A DNA stretch of 54,223 bases, counting the filler, from Jimgerdemannia flammicorona (Eukaryota): the NCBI GenBank assembly GCA_003990765.1. It is 3 parts of 3 records of this genome, joined end to end, with 100 filler letters (N's around TTAATTAATTAA, not from the genome) between each part and the next. Parts side by side here need not be neighbours in the genome. Positions count along the whole stretch, not along the records: positions 1 to 18,009 come from RBNJ01002332.1; 2 more parts are not named here. One strand, written 5' to 3'. Below are positions 1 through 12,280 of this stretch, one piece after another; position 1 is the stretch's first letter; every line of letters begins with the position of its first letter. The notes under the pieces were generated by a model. It was not told the origin of the DNA. It worked only from the letters and a program-made list of their open reading frames with translations, and made no database searches. Both the position numbers and the translations under genes were made by a program.

Positions 1-11
1 AAAAAAAAAAA

Positions 12-490
12 CTACTATAATTGGTTTGCTACTAGTTAGTAGCTTGGCTTATATAAGCTATCATATAGTACTACTGGTCAGATTCTTCTTAGACTAGAAC
101 TACTTTAAGACTATTTTTGAAAGTATTTATATATATATAAGATAAATGACTTCTATATATTAGACCATATAAGAATTAATACTGTAATTATATAGTGCTT
201 GAGTTCTTTGAAGGCTAGTTCTTATGGTTCTATCTATTTGTATAGTACTTCTTTCTGAGAAGAATTTAGATTAGAGTAGCAATTTGAGTAAAATTCTTAA
301 TAAATCTTCTATAGTAAAATACTAATATCAAAAATGATAGTATTTTCTTTAGAATCTTAGATACTGGTCAGTTATTGATCTTCTTAATTTCTTTGAATCT
401 GTATGGGTTCTTTCTTTTAAAATTATAAATCTAAGAAATTCAAGTTTCTATTTTTCAAAATAGTATTTTTTGATATTAAGCTTAGATAGT
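12..490 (-). mobile_element. Heavily decayed Ty3/Gypsy pol fragment (end of RT / start of RNase H), interrupted by the LTR at 491
   Basis: Minus strand at ~420-480 reads LNIKKYYFEK*KLEFLRFII, matching the Gypsy RT C-terminal motif LNxxKCxFxxxxLEFLGxxI after C>T/G>A changes. Confidence 0.7.
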
Positions 491-953
491 TATAACAATT
501 CTAATTTCTTTAAGAGAAAGTAGCTAAGTTTTAGTAATTCTGGTAGACCTAAAGTAGCTCAAAGAGATACTTATAAGTTCAAGTATTCTTAAAATAATTC
601 TGAGAGAAAATATTCTAAGTTTTATTCAAGCAGAGAATATAGATATTTATATAAGATCTAAAAGAAAGATCTGAAAGGATCTTAGAAAAGAATAGAAAAG
701 CCAAGTAGGTTCTTAGCAAAGATGACTAATAGAATTCTACAATATTCCAAAAGATTCTATAACTAGCTAAAACAAGAGACTTAATGCTGAGAAAAGACAA
801 AAATATTCTAATAGTATCTTGGTGCTAAGAGAAGATTTCTAGATATTTAGAAGGTATTGGAATATATTAGAATATATAAGAAAAGATAGAAAAAGACTAG
901 TAAAAAGATGCAAAAAAGTGCTAAGACTAAAATATGACTATGAAATTATTATA
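491..953 (-). repeat. 3' LTR of a family-A (chromovirus) copy
   Basis: Reverse complement aligns by eye with the LTRs at 45843-46306 and 51478-51951; polypurine tract (AAAGAGAGAGGGA on minus) lies just upstream at ~954-966. Confidence 0.9.
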
Positions 954-2825
954 TCCCTCTCTCTTTAAAAACTAATATTCTCATTGAGTTCTTAGGTAAT
1001 ATAAGACTAAATATACTTAACCAAAATTTCTCAAACTTATATCAGTATATTGATGAGGACTAGTCATCCTTATATAGGATAGAGAGCCTATTATCAGACT
1101 AATTAACTAAGAGAGGTTTAAACTTAGCTAGTAGTCTCATTTCAGTAGACTTCTTGTTTACTAGATATTCTACTAGTTCTGAGATCTCAAAGTAAACTTC
1201 TGATATATAAGGTACTAGTTACATATATATTATTATAAGTTATTGACAATCTAAGAGAGTCTTTATAGAAATTAGATAATATATATTTTACCTTAAAGTC
1301 TTAAACCAGATCTTGAGAGTTCTTGAGATTGACTAGTGATTCCTAGGTAGTATTATATTCAGAATAACCTATCTACTTGACCAGATATTTAGGATGACAG
1401 TAGTGGATTTACTTATTAAGGATTTTCTCAACTTTATACTTAATATGATCTTTAATAATTACTGAGATAGATATATAACTTGAGAATTTGACCAGAGTAG
1501 AGTAGTAACTAGTTCTAGATCTTGAAGTGTGATATAAAAGACTAGATATACTCTTATAGTTTCAGGTAGCTTGAGATGATAGGAGGATGCAGAGATTTAT
1601 TTAGTAATCTTGAAAAGTCTAATATACTTAAGTTGGAACTTGTTTGATAGATAGTTGACTTGAGATTATATCTTGAAATTTTTGATAGATAGTAAGACTT
1701 AATTACCAATAGTATAGATAACATCATAGTATTTCTTATCAGTATACTTAGCTTGATACTATTGGGTTTTCTGAAGATTTATAGTAGCAATCTTGAGTAG
1801 TTTGTCTATTTTATCTATAAGGTTCTTGGTAGTAGAGACTTGTATTTAACTGCTTTTCTTGAAAGAGACTAAACTTGCAGAGGTCTCAGAATCTTGACTA
1901 TAGAGTAGCTGAAAGAGAGAAAGGCCAGTAGATAATTAGATAGTATTGTTATATACAAATTCTACATAAGTCAGATAGTGGTCCCAATTATCTTATTTAT
2001 AAAAAATATAGTTTCTAAGCATTTGTTCTAGAGTTCTATTCATGTACTCAGTTTGTTCATTAGTTTGTAGATAAAAGATAGTAGATATAGTCAATTAGGT
2101 TCCCAGAGTCTTGAAGAGAGTTTGCCAAAAGTGATTGATGAACTTAGAGTTATAATTATTGATAATTACTTATAGTAGACCATAGTGATAGAAGATGGAC
2201 TTGAAGAAGATTCTTGTAATCTTTAGTATAGTAGCATTAGTAGTAGTTGGTTCAGGAACCATAGACTTAGTCAGGCAGTCAATAAATAAATAATAGTATC
2301 AGTACCAAATTGAGTTTATAGTAGTTAAGTTATAAAGTCTATTATAACTTATTTAAATTTCTTAATTAGAATTAGCAGTAGTTATAGTAAACTGACTGAT
2401 ACTTATTTTGTAGACTTATTGCACTAACAGAGGTTATAGCTAGTAACATAGTTTTTAATTTCCTTAACTATACTTGATCAATAGTAGAGAATTGAATATT
2501 TTTGACAGTTTTCTCAATTCCAAGATAACTGATAAAAGGGGAGTTATAGTGTTCTTGTAGTATCTTATAGTATAGGTTTATATTATCAGATAGGTAGACT
2601 TAGTCTTAATAATAGATCATATTGTCCTCAATAGTATACATATATATTTCTTAAGATAGATAATTATAACAAAAGTATATACTACTTTCTTGAGTACTTT
2701 CTTATACTATATTACTGATAGTATTGTAACTGAGGTCTTGTTTGCAGGCTTATCTATCTTGATAGTGATGTTGACTCTATTTTGAAATAGGTTTTTTTTA
2801 AGATCAAATTATAATCTCCTAGAGA
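491..2825 (-). mobile_element. Internally deleted family-A Ty3/Gypsy copy (protease end, integrase, chromodomain, 3' LTR; RT and RNase H missing)
   Basis: 954-2640 is colinear with ~49800-51477; 2645-2825 is colinear with ~48055-48285; the intervening ~1.5 kb is absent. Confidence 0.8.
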
Positions 2826-2829
2826 TACA

Positions 2830-4172
2830 TATCTGAGTTTCTGAGTAGATATTTATACTAATGGAAGACTATCTAGACTATGCTAAATATGAGTATAGTA
2901 CTTAGTATCTTACTGAGTCAATATATAGTCACATTATATAAAACTAATCTAACTATACTAATGACTACTAAGTTATTTATAAATTTAAATACTATCTGGG
3001 TAGTTTTCAATGAGATCACCATTAATGATATTATCTCTGATAAAGTCTAAGCAGTTTTCTGACTTCTAATATCATCAGTTTCAAAGATATTATTATATTT
3101 GCCCTTTGTAAAATTAGAGCTATTCTTGATAGAAATAGTTATATAGAAATAGTAGATCTTGGTTTTTTTTTTTTTTTTAAAACTATTAGTGTATTTGTAA
3201 GGACTGATCATTTTTGTCTAGAGCAAGGGCTCTCATTGTCATAGCTGAGAGTTCAAATCTCTTAAAAATGATATTTTTTATAATCTAAAGTAATTTCTAA
3301 TAGTAATATCTATTATATAAATAGACTTAAGATTAGTTTTAACAATACATATCAGCTTTCTTGAGTTTTAGATAAAGTATCTGTCATTCTTCAATAAAGG
3401 TGATACAGATAGAGTAAATAGAGTTGTTTAAATGTATTTTGCTTCTACTAAATAATAAGGTCTTATATAGTTATAGTATATCTTAGTCTTAAGTATAAGT
3501 GTGATTTATGAACCTTTGATAGATAAGATAGGGTTCTTCTTATTTTGGTTTGAGTTTAATATTTCAGTTTTCTTTTATAATAGTTCAGTACACTAAGACT
3601 AGTTGTCCAATAAGTAAAGATTCAAGGTCAGTCTTATAGTTATAGAACTTCTTCTGGTATTCTTATATCTTAGTAATAAATTCTCATACTTACTAGTATA
3701 CCTTGTATAACTAGGTGATCTCTTCAGTAACTCATTTTGTGATCCTGCATGTGGTTTCTGAATTTGTTCTGAGGGTGACATGTGATTTCAGTAACTTGGG
3801 GGTTGTGTACTTATAATTCTCTAGAAGGTAAAAGATATTCAGAGATATTTAAACAGTTTTTCTAAGATAAGAAAAGCTGTTTTCTGAATGTTCTTGAGAT
3901 CCATAGAGATTTCATGGAATCCTGTAAAAAGGTCCATACTGCTGAAGTACCTGGTATCTTGTAATTGGTCTAAGAGGTCATCAATTCTGAACAAAAGATA
4001 GATATTGTTTTCAGTGACTGAGTTGAGCTTTCTATAGTCTATGCAGAGTCTCCATCCTCCTTTCTTGGGTATAATAAGTATAGGGCTGACCCAGGGGCTG
4101 GTAGAGGGTCAGATGACTCCATTGTCTAAGAGTTCTTGAATATGTTCCTTCTCAAATATCTTTAGGTGATGG
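2830..4172 (-). mobile_element. Decayed Ty3/Gypsy RT-RNase H fragment related to family B, joined to a piece of its 3' accessory region
   Basis: Minus strand reads ELLDNGVI*PSTSPWVSP...KKGGWRLCIDYRKLNSVT...RIDDLLDQL, similar to 38301-38573; ~3050-3125 reads IALILQ, matching the MALILQ ORF at 41062. Confidence 0.75.
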
Positions 4173-4180
4173 GGTACCGA

Positions 4181-4306
4181 ACGAATCAAATCCGGATTCG
4201 ATTCGTCACGTGACAGTTTGACCCAAATCTCAAATCCGAATCAGCAGCAGGTCAGGTGGTAATTGCGTGCATGTCACGTGTTGTCAGTCATAGATTTTAT
4301 ATAAAA
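4181..4306 (+). promoter_or_regulatory. Putative promoter of the F-box gene: 26-bp near-perfect palindrome, two CACGTG E-boxes, TATA box
   Basis: ACGAATCAAATCCGGATTCGATTCGT at 4181-4206, GTCACGTGAC at 4205-4214, GTCACGTG at ~4273, TATATAAAA at ~4298, about 40 nt before the ATG. Confidence 0.45.
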
Positions 4307-4341
4307 GGTGTGCCCTGCCCTTTCTCTCTCCTATATACATA

Positions 4342-5637
4342 ATGTCCAACCAGGCGATCCGCCTTCCTCCCGAGATCCTTCTTCACATTTTCCGCTTTTT
4401 TGATCCTGGGGAGGACCCGAAAGATTTGTATGCTCTCTTTGCCTGCCTTCTTGTAGCCAAGGACTGGCACCCCGTCGCCCATATGGTCTTAAGGTACAAG
4501 ATGCTGAAACTCGACTCGCTGAAGCCTTTTCACATCCGTAAGCTTAACACCCTGTTGAATATGGCAAAGAGGCTCCGTATACCGTATCCGGATACGATTG
4601 GGTGCTTTATCCATGACATGGAAGAAATACGCCGGCAAGAACCTGCACCGATATTGAATCTCTTCCAAATCCTAACCGTTAAGCATCTATCTCTCGGACC
4701 CCCAAAGTTTCCCAACTTCACAACTTTGGAGTCCCGACCTATTCCATCGAACTCCGGACCTCAACTTGCCCTGTTTCTCACCAGAATATCGAAATACTGC
4801 GAACAACTGACGGACCTGTACATCACTGACCCCGCCCTGATCCATATGAACGTCAAGGCGGCGTGGATGTCAATTATAGTGCACGCTGCCCCAAACCTCA
4901 AAAAACTTGGCTTATCAGGAATCCTTCTTGACATCGACGATCTGCTTTCCCTCAGCCTTTGCAAACGGCTCACCCATCTTCATCTCGTGAGATCGCCGCA
5001 TTCCTCTCTCCTCGCCTCCACCATTGGGAATTACCCCACCTCACCGCGATCACGTTTGGCGATTTCGCTGTCAACGTCCTCCTTAGCCTCGCCAACTGGG
5101 AACCCCTCCCGGGCCAGGATCCATCCACACTCATCACCGTCCTCGCTCACTTCCTCTCCCGCTGCCAAAACATTACGGTCCTCACCATCCGCCGTAGTGA
5201 TTTTATTGGCTGCGGAGACGCCGTCGGCGACGTCATGTTTCTCTTCCTTGCCACCGCCGCACCAAAGCTTCAGAAACTCTCCCTCTCCTGCCACTTCTGG
5301 CTGACCGCGCGCCCGATCACGGACCCACTCTGGCTCAGCTTCCTCGTACGGAAGCGCAAGCAGCTCCCCCGACACGGTACTCGATGATGACGAAGATGAA
5401 GACGACCCGGCCGCCGTCTACTGGCCCGCGCTCACCACGCTCCATATCCACAAGTCTCCCAAGGTGAATCTGGAGGTAGTGCAGCGCGTACTTAACCGGT
5501 GCCCCGGCCTCAGGCAGCTAAGCCTGCCCTCTCAGGTGGATGCCGTCCCTGAGGTCAGTTTCGAGCTTCAGATAAGGGGGTTCGCGAAGTGTAAGGATGA
5601 ATATGGGTATATGGGATGGAGGCGGGCTGGCCGTTAA
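4342..5637 (+). CDS. F-box/LRR (RNI-like) protein, intronless, with two apparent frameshifts (pseudogene or assembly error)
   Basis: N-terminal LPPEILLHIFRFF...DLYALFACLLVAKDW F-box; LRR-like units (LKKLGL, LTHLHL, LQKLSL, LTTLHI, LRQLSL) continue in another frame from ~5000 and return to the first frame near ~5320; TAA at 5635-5637. Confidence 0.75.
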
Positions 5638-6774
5638 GTTTGTGGATCAGTGTCGGAGAAGTTGATGGTGGGGTAGCGGTGTATGTGCGTGTGAGGGATG
5701 TTTTTGAGGTTTGTACCATGCTTAGTTAGATTCATTGTTTCGGTACCTAAATATATTCATTTGCTATTTTGTATAGTCTTCGAGAATATATATATTTAAA
5801 AAAAGAAATGCTGTAGCCGCAATGAGTCCAGCTTCCTTTCTTCATTTCTATTTTTTCGTCCCTTGTCACTCATTTCCAGTATATATATTTTTTGCTCTTG
5901 TTGCTTTTAACCTTCCAGAGTCGAACCATAATTTCCGTGCTGTATTCTGTTTCTATAATAAATAAGATGCTATAATTTGAAGTTATTGTGGCCAGATGCG
6001 ACGCCACGCATTTTGCGACAGCTCGGGCCTGCATGGTTGTGCTGCATTTCTTGAAGATCTTTCCAAGAAAATTTCCAAAGCTGGAATCCGCTACGATTCC
6101 TGAGCATCTGGCCCCGCGGCGATGAAGTGAGACTTGGGGGGGTGGGAGAAGAAGGTTGACAATTGGATTGTTTGGGCGCGTGACGCATGTGGTTCGAGTT
6201 TAAAAAAAAAAAAAAAAAAGAAAAAAACTGCCGTGTATCACTCATGTCCGCGAATCTGTGATGGGTTGTTTGGATTTGGGGGCCATTCATGTCCTAATCT
6301 TTATATGTACAGTGGACAATGTTGGTAGCTGATAGATATCTTAACACGGCTGATACCTGAACAAGCGTCCGAGCTAATTTAGATAGCGTGGTTACGTTCC
6401 AGGAAACTCTGAAAACAATAAAGCGTGGATTTCCGAGAGAAATCGCTAGTCGTCATGTTTGCCCAGCTAATGTTTCATCGTTTGGAAACGCGCAGGCAGC
6501 GAAAGAGAACCCACGACATGCCGTTATATGCGAACAGCTATGGTGTCATTCGACCCTCCATTTTCTCTGGTATAACCTCTTATATATCAATCTTGGTAGC
6601 TCCCATGTCCTAAACGAACGCCTTCCCCCTTTCCATCATCACACACGGCCATGGCCATTCCATCAACTCCATCTTGTTTCCTCCCAACATGTACTGTTCC
6701 CTTCAAAAAAAAAAAAAAAAAAAAAAAAAAAACAGCATACAATTCTTAAAAACCTCCCCTATGACTCGAACATT

Positions 6775-6923
6775 GCCAGCTAGTCGCCCTGACGTACACC
6801 GGGACGAGCTTGCGCCAAACTAGTGAGCGAGACAACAGCTACCCAGATTGGTGCGGGTCAGGTGATGCTCGAAGGCGTGAGGAAGTCTGTGATGCGGGTC
6901 AGGATTTCAGGGAAGGGCAGTAG
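6775..6923 (-). pseudogene. Possible degenerate F-box remnant
   Basis: Minus strand reads LPFPEILTRITDFL, then after frameshifts TNLGSCCL and WRKLVPVY, in F-box order. Confidence 0.35.
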
Positions 6924-7606
6924 TGTGCGTAGTGGTGAGCAAGAAAGAACAAAGCTCTTTGAAGCTTTTCGATGATGGGTTTCTAATCTACGGCTTGTTA
7001 TTTACGGTCTATTCCTTTGTATTTACAGGCTGCGCTGTCTGTTAGATATGATATGGATCGACCAAACAAAAAGAAAAAGGAGAACGGACTAGAGAGGCAA
7101 AAAAAAAAAATCCTCCACAGCAAATAATGTACAAACACTCCCACGGCGATTATCGTATACGATGTTCGCTCCAAAAATCTCATTCACGAAAAATGTCGGC
7201 CCCGTATCTGTCCATGGCATTCAGCACTTTGAAGCCAGGTCAATAAGAAGGTCGATTGTTCCCCTTGGGCAAGGAACAATTTGTTATTGGTTTCAAAAAA
7301 TCTCTGGCAAAACCACCGCGCAGGAAGCTCACACACGTGTTTTTGGCTAGAAACCGTAGGGTGGTGGGTAGTGGGTTGGGGGCTTTTCTTCTATGAATTC
7401 ATTTACTGTCGCATCGACGAGCACAGCCAGCAGATGGTAGGCGACGAAGGGAGACAAGAGAGAGGATGTGCATGTGAAATAGTCAGCGTCGTCACACATC
7501 AAAAATCAGTGACACCCCATCCGTCCCTTTTGGGCCAGATCACAAGCCACAATATCTTCCCACACCCCATCTCTCCCTTCCCTCCTCCCTTCCCTCCCCC
7601 GCCATA

Positions 7607-9170
7607 ATGTCCACCAACGAACCTACCATTATTGATGAGTGGATTACCTCCTCTGATGGCCATTCAATCTTCACAAAGACCTGGAAGCCTGCTGGTGAAG
7701 TCCGCGCTACCCTCGTGTATGTTTTTTTTTTTTTTTCTCTCCCCTTTTCCGTTCTGGCGAGGTTCACTGACAGCCGTCTTTTCGAAAATCCTACTCTTCC
7801 CTCTCACAGCCTTATCCATGGATTTGGCGAGCACTGCGCCCGTTATCATCATGTGACATCGGAATTCGCAAAGATTGGCATCCTGACACACGCATTCGAC
7901 CAACGAGGGTTCGGCGAGACGGGACGCAAGAGCCAGTCCTTGGGTGTTACGACAGGGTAAGCAGAAGATTTTTTATATCATGTATGTATGCGGGGTCGCT
8001 AGGAGAGGAATTGGACTCCCATTGACAACAGGTTTTGCCTCGTAGATGGAAGAACGTCCTCCGCGACGTGGATGAAGCTCTCGTCCGGACGAAGCAGCCC
8101 GACATTCCGCAATACCTCTTCGGCCACAGCATGGTAGGAATGTCACGCGCCCCTCCGCTTTGTATCTCCACCTACACAATGAACACCCATCACCCCTCCA
8201 ACCACTACACTCTCCTCCCTCAATTCTTCTTTTAGGGCGGCATGATTGTGCTCCACTACGCGGCCTACGGCTCGCATCGCCTGGATCTTGTGGACGGGGT
8301 GATCGCTTCGGCGCCGCTCGTGACGGTCCTTGGGGGCCCGCCAGCGCCCGTAGTCTCACTGCTCAAGGTCGTTGCCGAGGTCGTGCCATCGTTCCAGATT
8401 AAGACCGATCTGCCGCCCACCTACATCAGCCGCTGCGAGGAACAGGTCGCCAAGTACGCGTCCGACCCGCTCGTGCATAATCTAGCAGGGTTGAAATCCG
8501 GTGTGTTTTGTGTGTGTGTAAGGAGAGGGTGCCTATTGTGATCGCATAGCGATCTTTACATTCCTCTTTTGCCACGACTAACTCCCTCTCGATATCACTT
8601 CTCAAAATAAATTAAATTAAAATAAAAATAGCCAAGGACATGCTACATAACGGCAAGGCTTTGCTCACCAAGAAATTAACCTGCACCATCACGCAGCCCC
8701 TCCTGCAGGCGCATGGCACTGACGACAAGATCAATTCGTTCGACGACTCTAAGAACGCCTTCGACCTGTACGCCTCCACTGACAAGACCTGGAAGACGTA
8801 TGACGGGTGTTACCATGAGCGTAAGTATTTGGTTTGTCGGATTTGAGGGAGGCGGGGTGGGTTGCGCCATGTATATGTGGGGGCGTGCACGTGTTTGATA
8901 CATAAAGGGAGGAGAGAGAGAGGGATGCCACAGATTTGGGAAAATGGATCGGGTCTACGATTTCAACGGCCGCGATTCACGGAGGGCCTCTGCTATAGAG
9001 ACATTAGGAATCCTTGAAAATTGCCCATTCGCTGACTTCCCACCCCACCCAACCAACCCCTTCCGCAAACAACAACAGTGCACAACGAGCCGGAGGTGGA
9101 CAGGAATGATGTGATCCGGATCTACGTTGAATGGCTCGACGGCCAGATCATTCAGAATGGCAAGAAATAA
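7607..9170 (+). CDS. Alpha/beta-hydrolase, monoglyceride lipase/lysophospholipase family (YJU3/MGLL-like), about 6 exons
   Basis: HGFGEHCARY, FDQRGFGET, GHSM|GG nucleophile elbow split by an intron, HGTDDKI, YHE|LHNEPE; GT-AG introns at about 7716-7810, 7957-8046, 8134-8236, 8501-8631, 8822-9078; TAA at 9168-9170. Confidence 0.92.
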
Positions 9171-9527
9171 GAATTACCCATTGTTCCCCGCCCATCGACT
9201 TTCTGACACGCTACCTTAGTATATACATAACACTATATAGGTTTAATATGAGAGGATTCGTTTGTCATGTGGGAGAATTTTGCTTGTGAATTTTTGAGGT
9301 TTCCTCGATGTCGCGGGTTTATTTTATTTATTTTACCCATTGGGAAAAGACGACAATAAAGGACTCCCAGGATTCGGACTCAGACGTGTGCGCCATAGCT
9401 AGGTTCAAGGGCTCGAGCCCACGCTTGCATATCAACTTTGGTATGCACAATAGGCAGATCTGAACACATTGGTCAAAACTTGCTAAAGTCTCGGCACGCA
9501 CCACAAGCCACGCGATCCATCCATTTA

Positions 9528-12181
9528 TCATGGGCCTCTCTCTCTTTTTTCCTCCGCCACCCGGACCCTGACCTTCCCACCCTCGCCCATCTCAGCTCTC
9601 AGCCCAATGTCCCGCAGCACGGGGTTTTGCGCAGCGTCCAGCGGGGTCATCTCGGCGATCAGCGCCTGGTTCTCTGCGTTGCCAGCGAGGAGGTTGCGGA
9701 GGGCAAATATTGCGTGCTCGCGGATGTCTGGGTAACAGAGGGGGATATTTCCAGGTGTGAGATAGGCGAGTATAGAGGGAGTTTATGAATGGCATAGGAG
9801 AGATAGAGTCACTAATCGCTTACATGGGTTGGCGTCGTCGATGTTGCATTGGTTTAGGACTAGTGAGATGCCGCCTAGTTGACGGATCTTTGGTGTGATG
9901 AAGAGAGGGAAAGGTATCACGAATAAGCTGGATAGCCTGAATGCTCTACAGTCCACGCCCTCCGCAAACCGCCAGGGCACCTTCATCACAACCCACCCAC
10001 GCAACAGAATCCCACTCACAAATACCAACCTCATCCTGTACCGCCTGATCTCCCGCCGCCAGATTCCCCAGCACCCGTACCACGTCCCGCTTGATGTACA
10101 TGACCCCTGCGGACCCGCGCGCGGTGCTGGTATCAGTGACGTATGTTGGCGTCGAGGGCGGGTTCATGGCGGACTTTGTAATGCGCGGAATCGTGACGTC
10201 GGCCTGGGCGAGAAGGGCTGTGGGCAGGGACGAGATATAAGTCTGACGACAAGACCAGAACCGAACCAAACGAGGCGAAACGGAGAGATGAGCATACCAC
10301 AACAACTCGCCAGAATCCCTTCTTCCACCAGCGCACTTCTCGCCTCCCCCGCTTCCTCCAGGCTCAGCACCCAGAAGCACTGCAGCTGCAGCACGAGCCC
10401 TGTATAGAGGTTGGCCGTGTCCTCGACCGAGATGGGCTCATCCGGTGGCACCTCGTCGTCCGGTTGCGGCGATGACAAGGGGATCGCTGGCGGTAGGCCC
10501 CGCATGAGAAGGGTGGCACGCGAGGAGGCCGCGTTAAAGCTCTGCGCGAGGGTGCGGACGGCAGGGAGAGGAAGCGGTGCGGGTGTAGGTACGATGGTGG
10601 TGGAGGCGGAGGCGTGAATCTTGGAGTCGAGGAGTTTGAGGAGGGTGATTTGGGCGAGGGTAAAGGATGCGCTGTGGGTGAATGATGTGGTCGGTAAGTT
10701 AGTCTTGTGCGTGCCTTTGGGAGTGACACCTTACAGAGATAGCATTTACCCTTCGACAGATTTTAGAGCGTCAAACAAGGATGAAAAGAGATCAAAATCG
10801 ATCAATCGTCGAGTGATTGCGTATCTAAATCGACAAGGAATTTTTTCAAAAAAAGTTGACGTCAAAAGGAGAGGAGGAAAAACAACCTAGCACCAAGCCC
10901 GAGGACATGCTATACCCACGATCCCAGCAACTTCTCTTACACATCCCTCCGAATGCCTGTTTGACACTCACATCAGCTCAAAGCTTCTGGAATCCTCGTT
11001 CTCGAGTAGCGGTTCGGCCTGCTGCAGCATCGCCGTGAATAGGCGTCGGCCCGATTCGGTCTGGTGGAGGCATTCACTGTGATGGGGGCGTTTAACGGTC
11101 AGATTTTGAGGGACGATGCGGATTCGAAGACAGATAATCATGTACAGAGAAGGAAAATAAACCTGCGCTCTCGGCTCTCGTGGATGCAGTTGTAGGTCAG
11201 CACAAGGGCACCGGTCAGTGTGGGATCGTCGTTGCAGGTGACGAGTGAGCTATAATTAATTTGGTTTGTTCAATGTGAATCGGATCAGTTGGTGTGGTAT
11301 ATATATATATATTTGGTGTTGCCAAAAAAAAAAAAGAAAAAAAAAAAAAAAATTGCGAGAATCCGGGATGAACATACGCACCTCAGGAAATCATCCCACA
11401 CACCCCGGCCCATGTAGTCAAGCCAGAGAACCTGCTGTACCATCGGATTGCCGGTCAGCATGTTCGACAGTGCCTGCGTACCCATTCTGATGACGGGGAA
11501 ATCTGTAAGAACGGGAAGACGAGAATGGGATCATTCGCGATATATATATATATAGGGTCTTAGTATGGCCCAGCCCAAAAGGGTACGTGCTACAAAAATC
11601 AAAAGATGGGCATACATTCAACGTTCTCGGCGGGCTGGTGAGAGACACAATAGGAGACGACGCGCTCGATTCGTTTGTGGATGAGGTGCTCCCTGTTCAC
11701 GGTGGGAGATATTTGGGCCCCGTCAATTTCTGGCATTATGGCACGCATTAAACGGAATTACATACGAAGTACGTACCTACAGCGCTCGATCTTGATTTGT
11801 CGTCACGTTGGCGAACATATTGCGCGTCAACTTCAGCAACGACAGCAGAATGTTGTTGGCGTAGGATAGTTCCTTCGGAATCTGTTGGTATAGCAGATCA
11901 TACAGGTTGGCCACGCCATCCCAGAATGCAACGCCTTGGCCAAGCCTCTGCCTTTTCGGAATTCGGAAAAATATCAGCGTGATACATGAAGTGAGCGAAC
12001 GAACGCAGTCAGATCGTTCGGTTCAGTCGAAGTAAAATCGGGCAATTTACCGGGAGCTCGTGTCCGTTTGTGTTTGTCTTATAGCGGAGGAAAGGGCAGC
12101 ATCGAGTTGTTGGGAAAGAGTGGGTAGGATGTCGCCGGATCGGATGTCATTTAGGAGAATAAGTAATGTTTGTGTTTCCAT
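9528..12181 (-). CDS. ATXN10: Ataxin-10 / Ctr86 homolog, multi-exon
   Basis: C-terminal motifs IKRDVVRVLGNL...VQDE|IRQLGGISLVLNQCNIDDANP|YIREHAIFALRNLLAGNAENQ; upstream exons LTRNMFANVTTNQ, QALSNMLTGN, QITLLKLLDSK; proposed ATG (METQTLL) at 12181, TGA at 9528. Confidence 0.85.
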
Positions 12182-12280
12182 TACGCCTAAGGGTGGCGAA
12201 GCGCGGAAATTTTTGTTGACTTTATGTGACTCGCAAGCACTATGGCAACCAGCAAGCTAATACATGTGTGATCAATACAT

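Noticed and set aside
6790..6900. GC-rich stretch with GAGGAAGTCTG, considered as RNase P/snoRNA/ribozyme
   Set aside because: No supporting paired conserved regions found; a minus-strand F-box relic explains it at least as well
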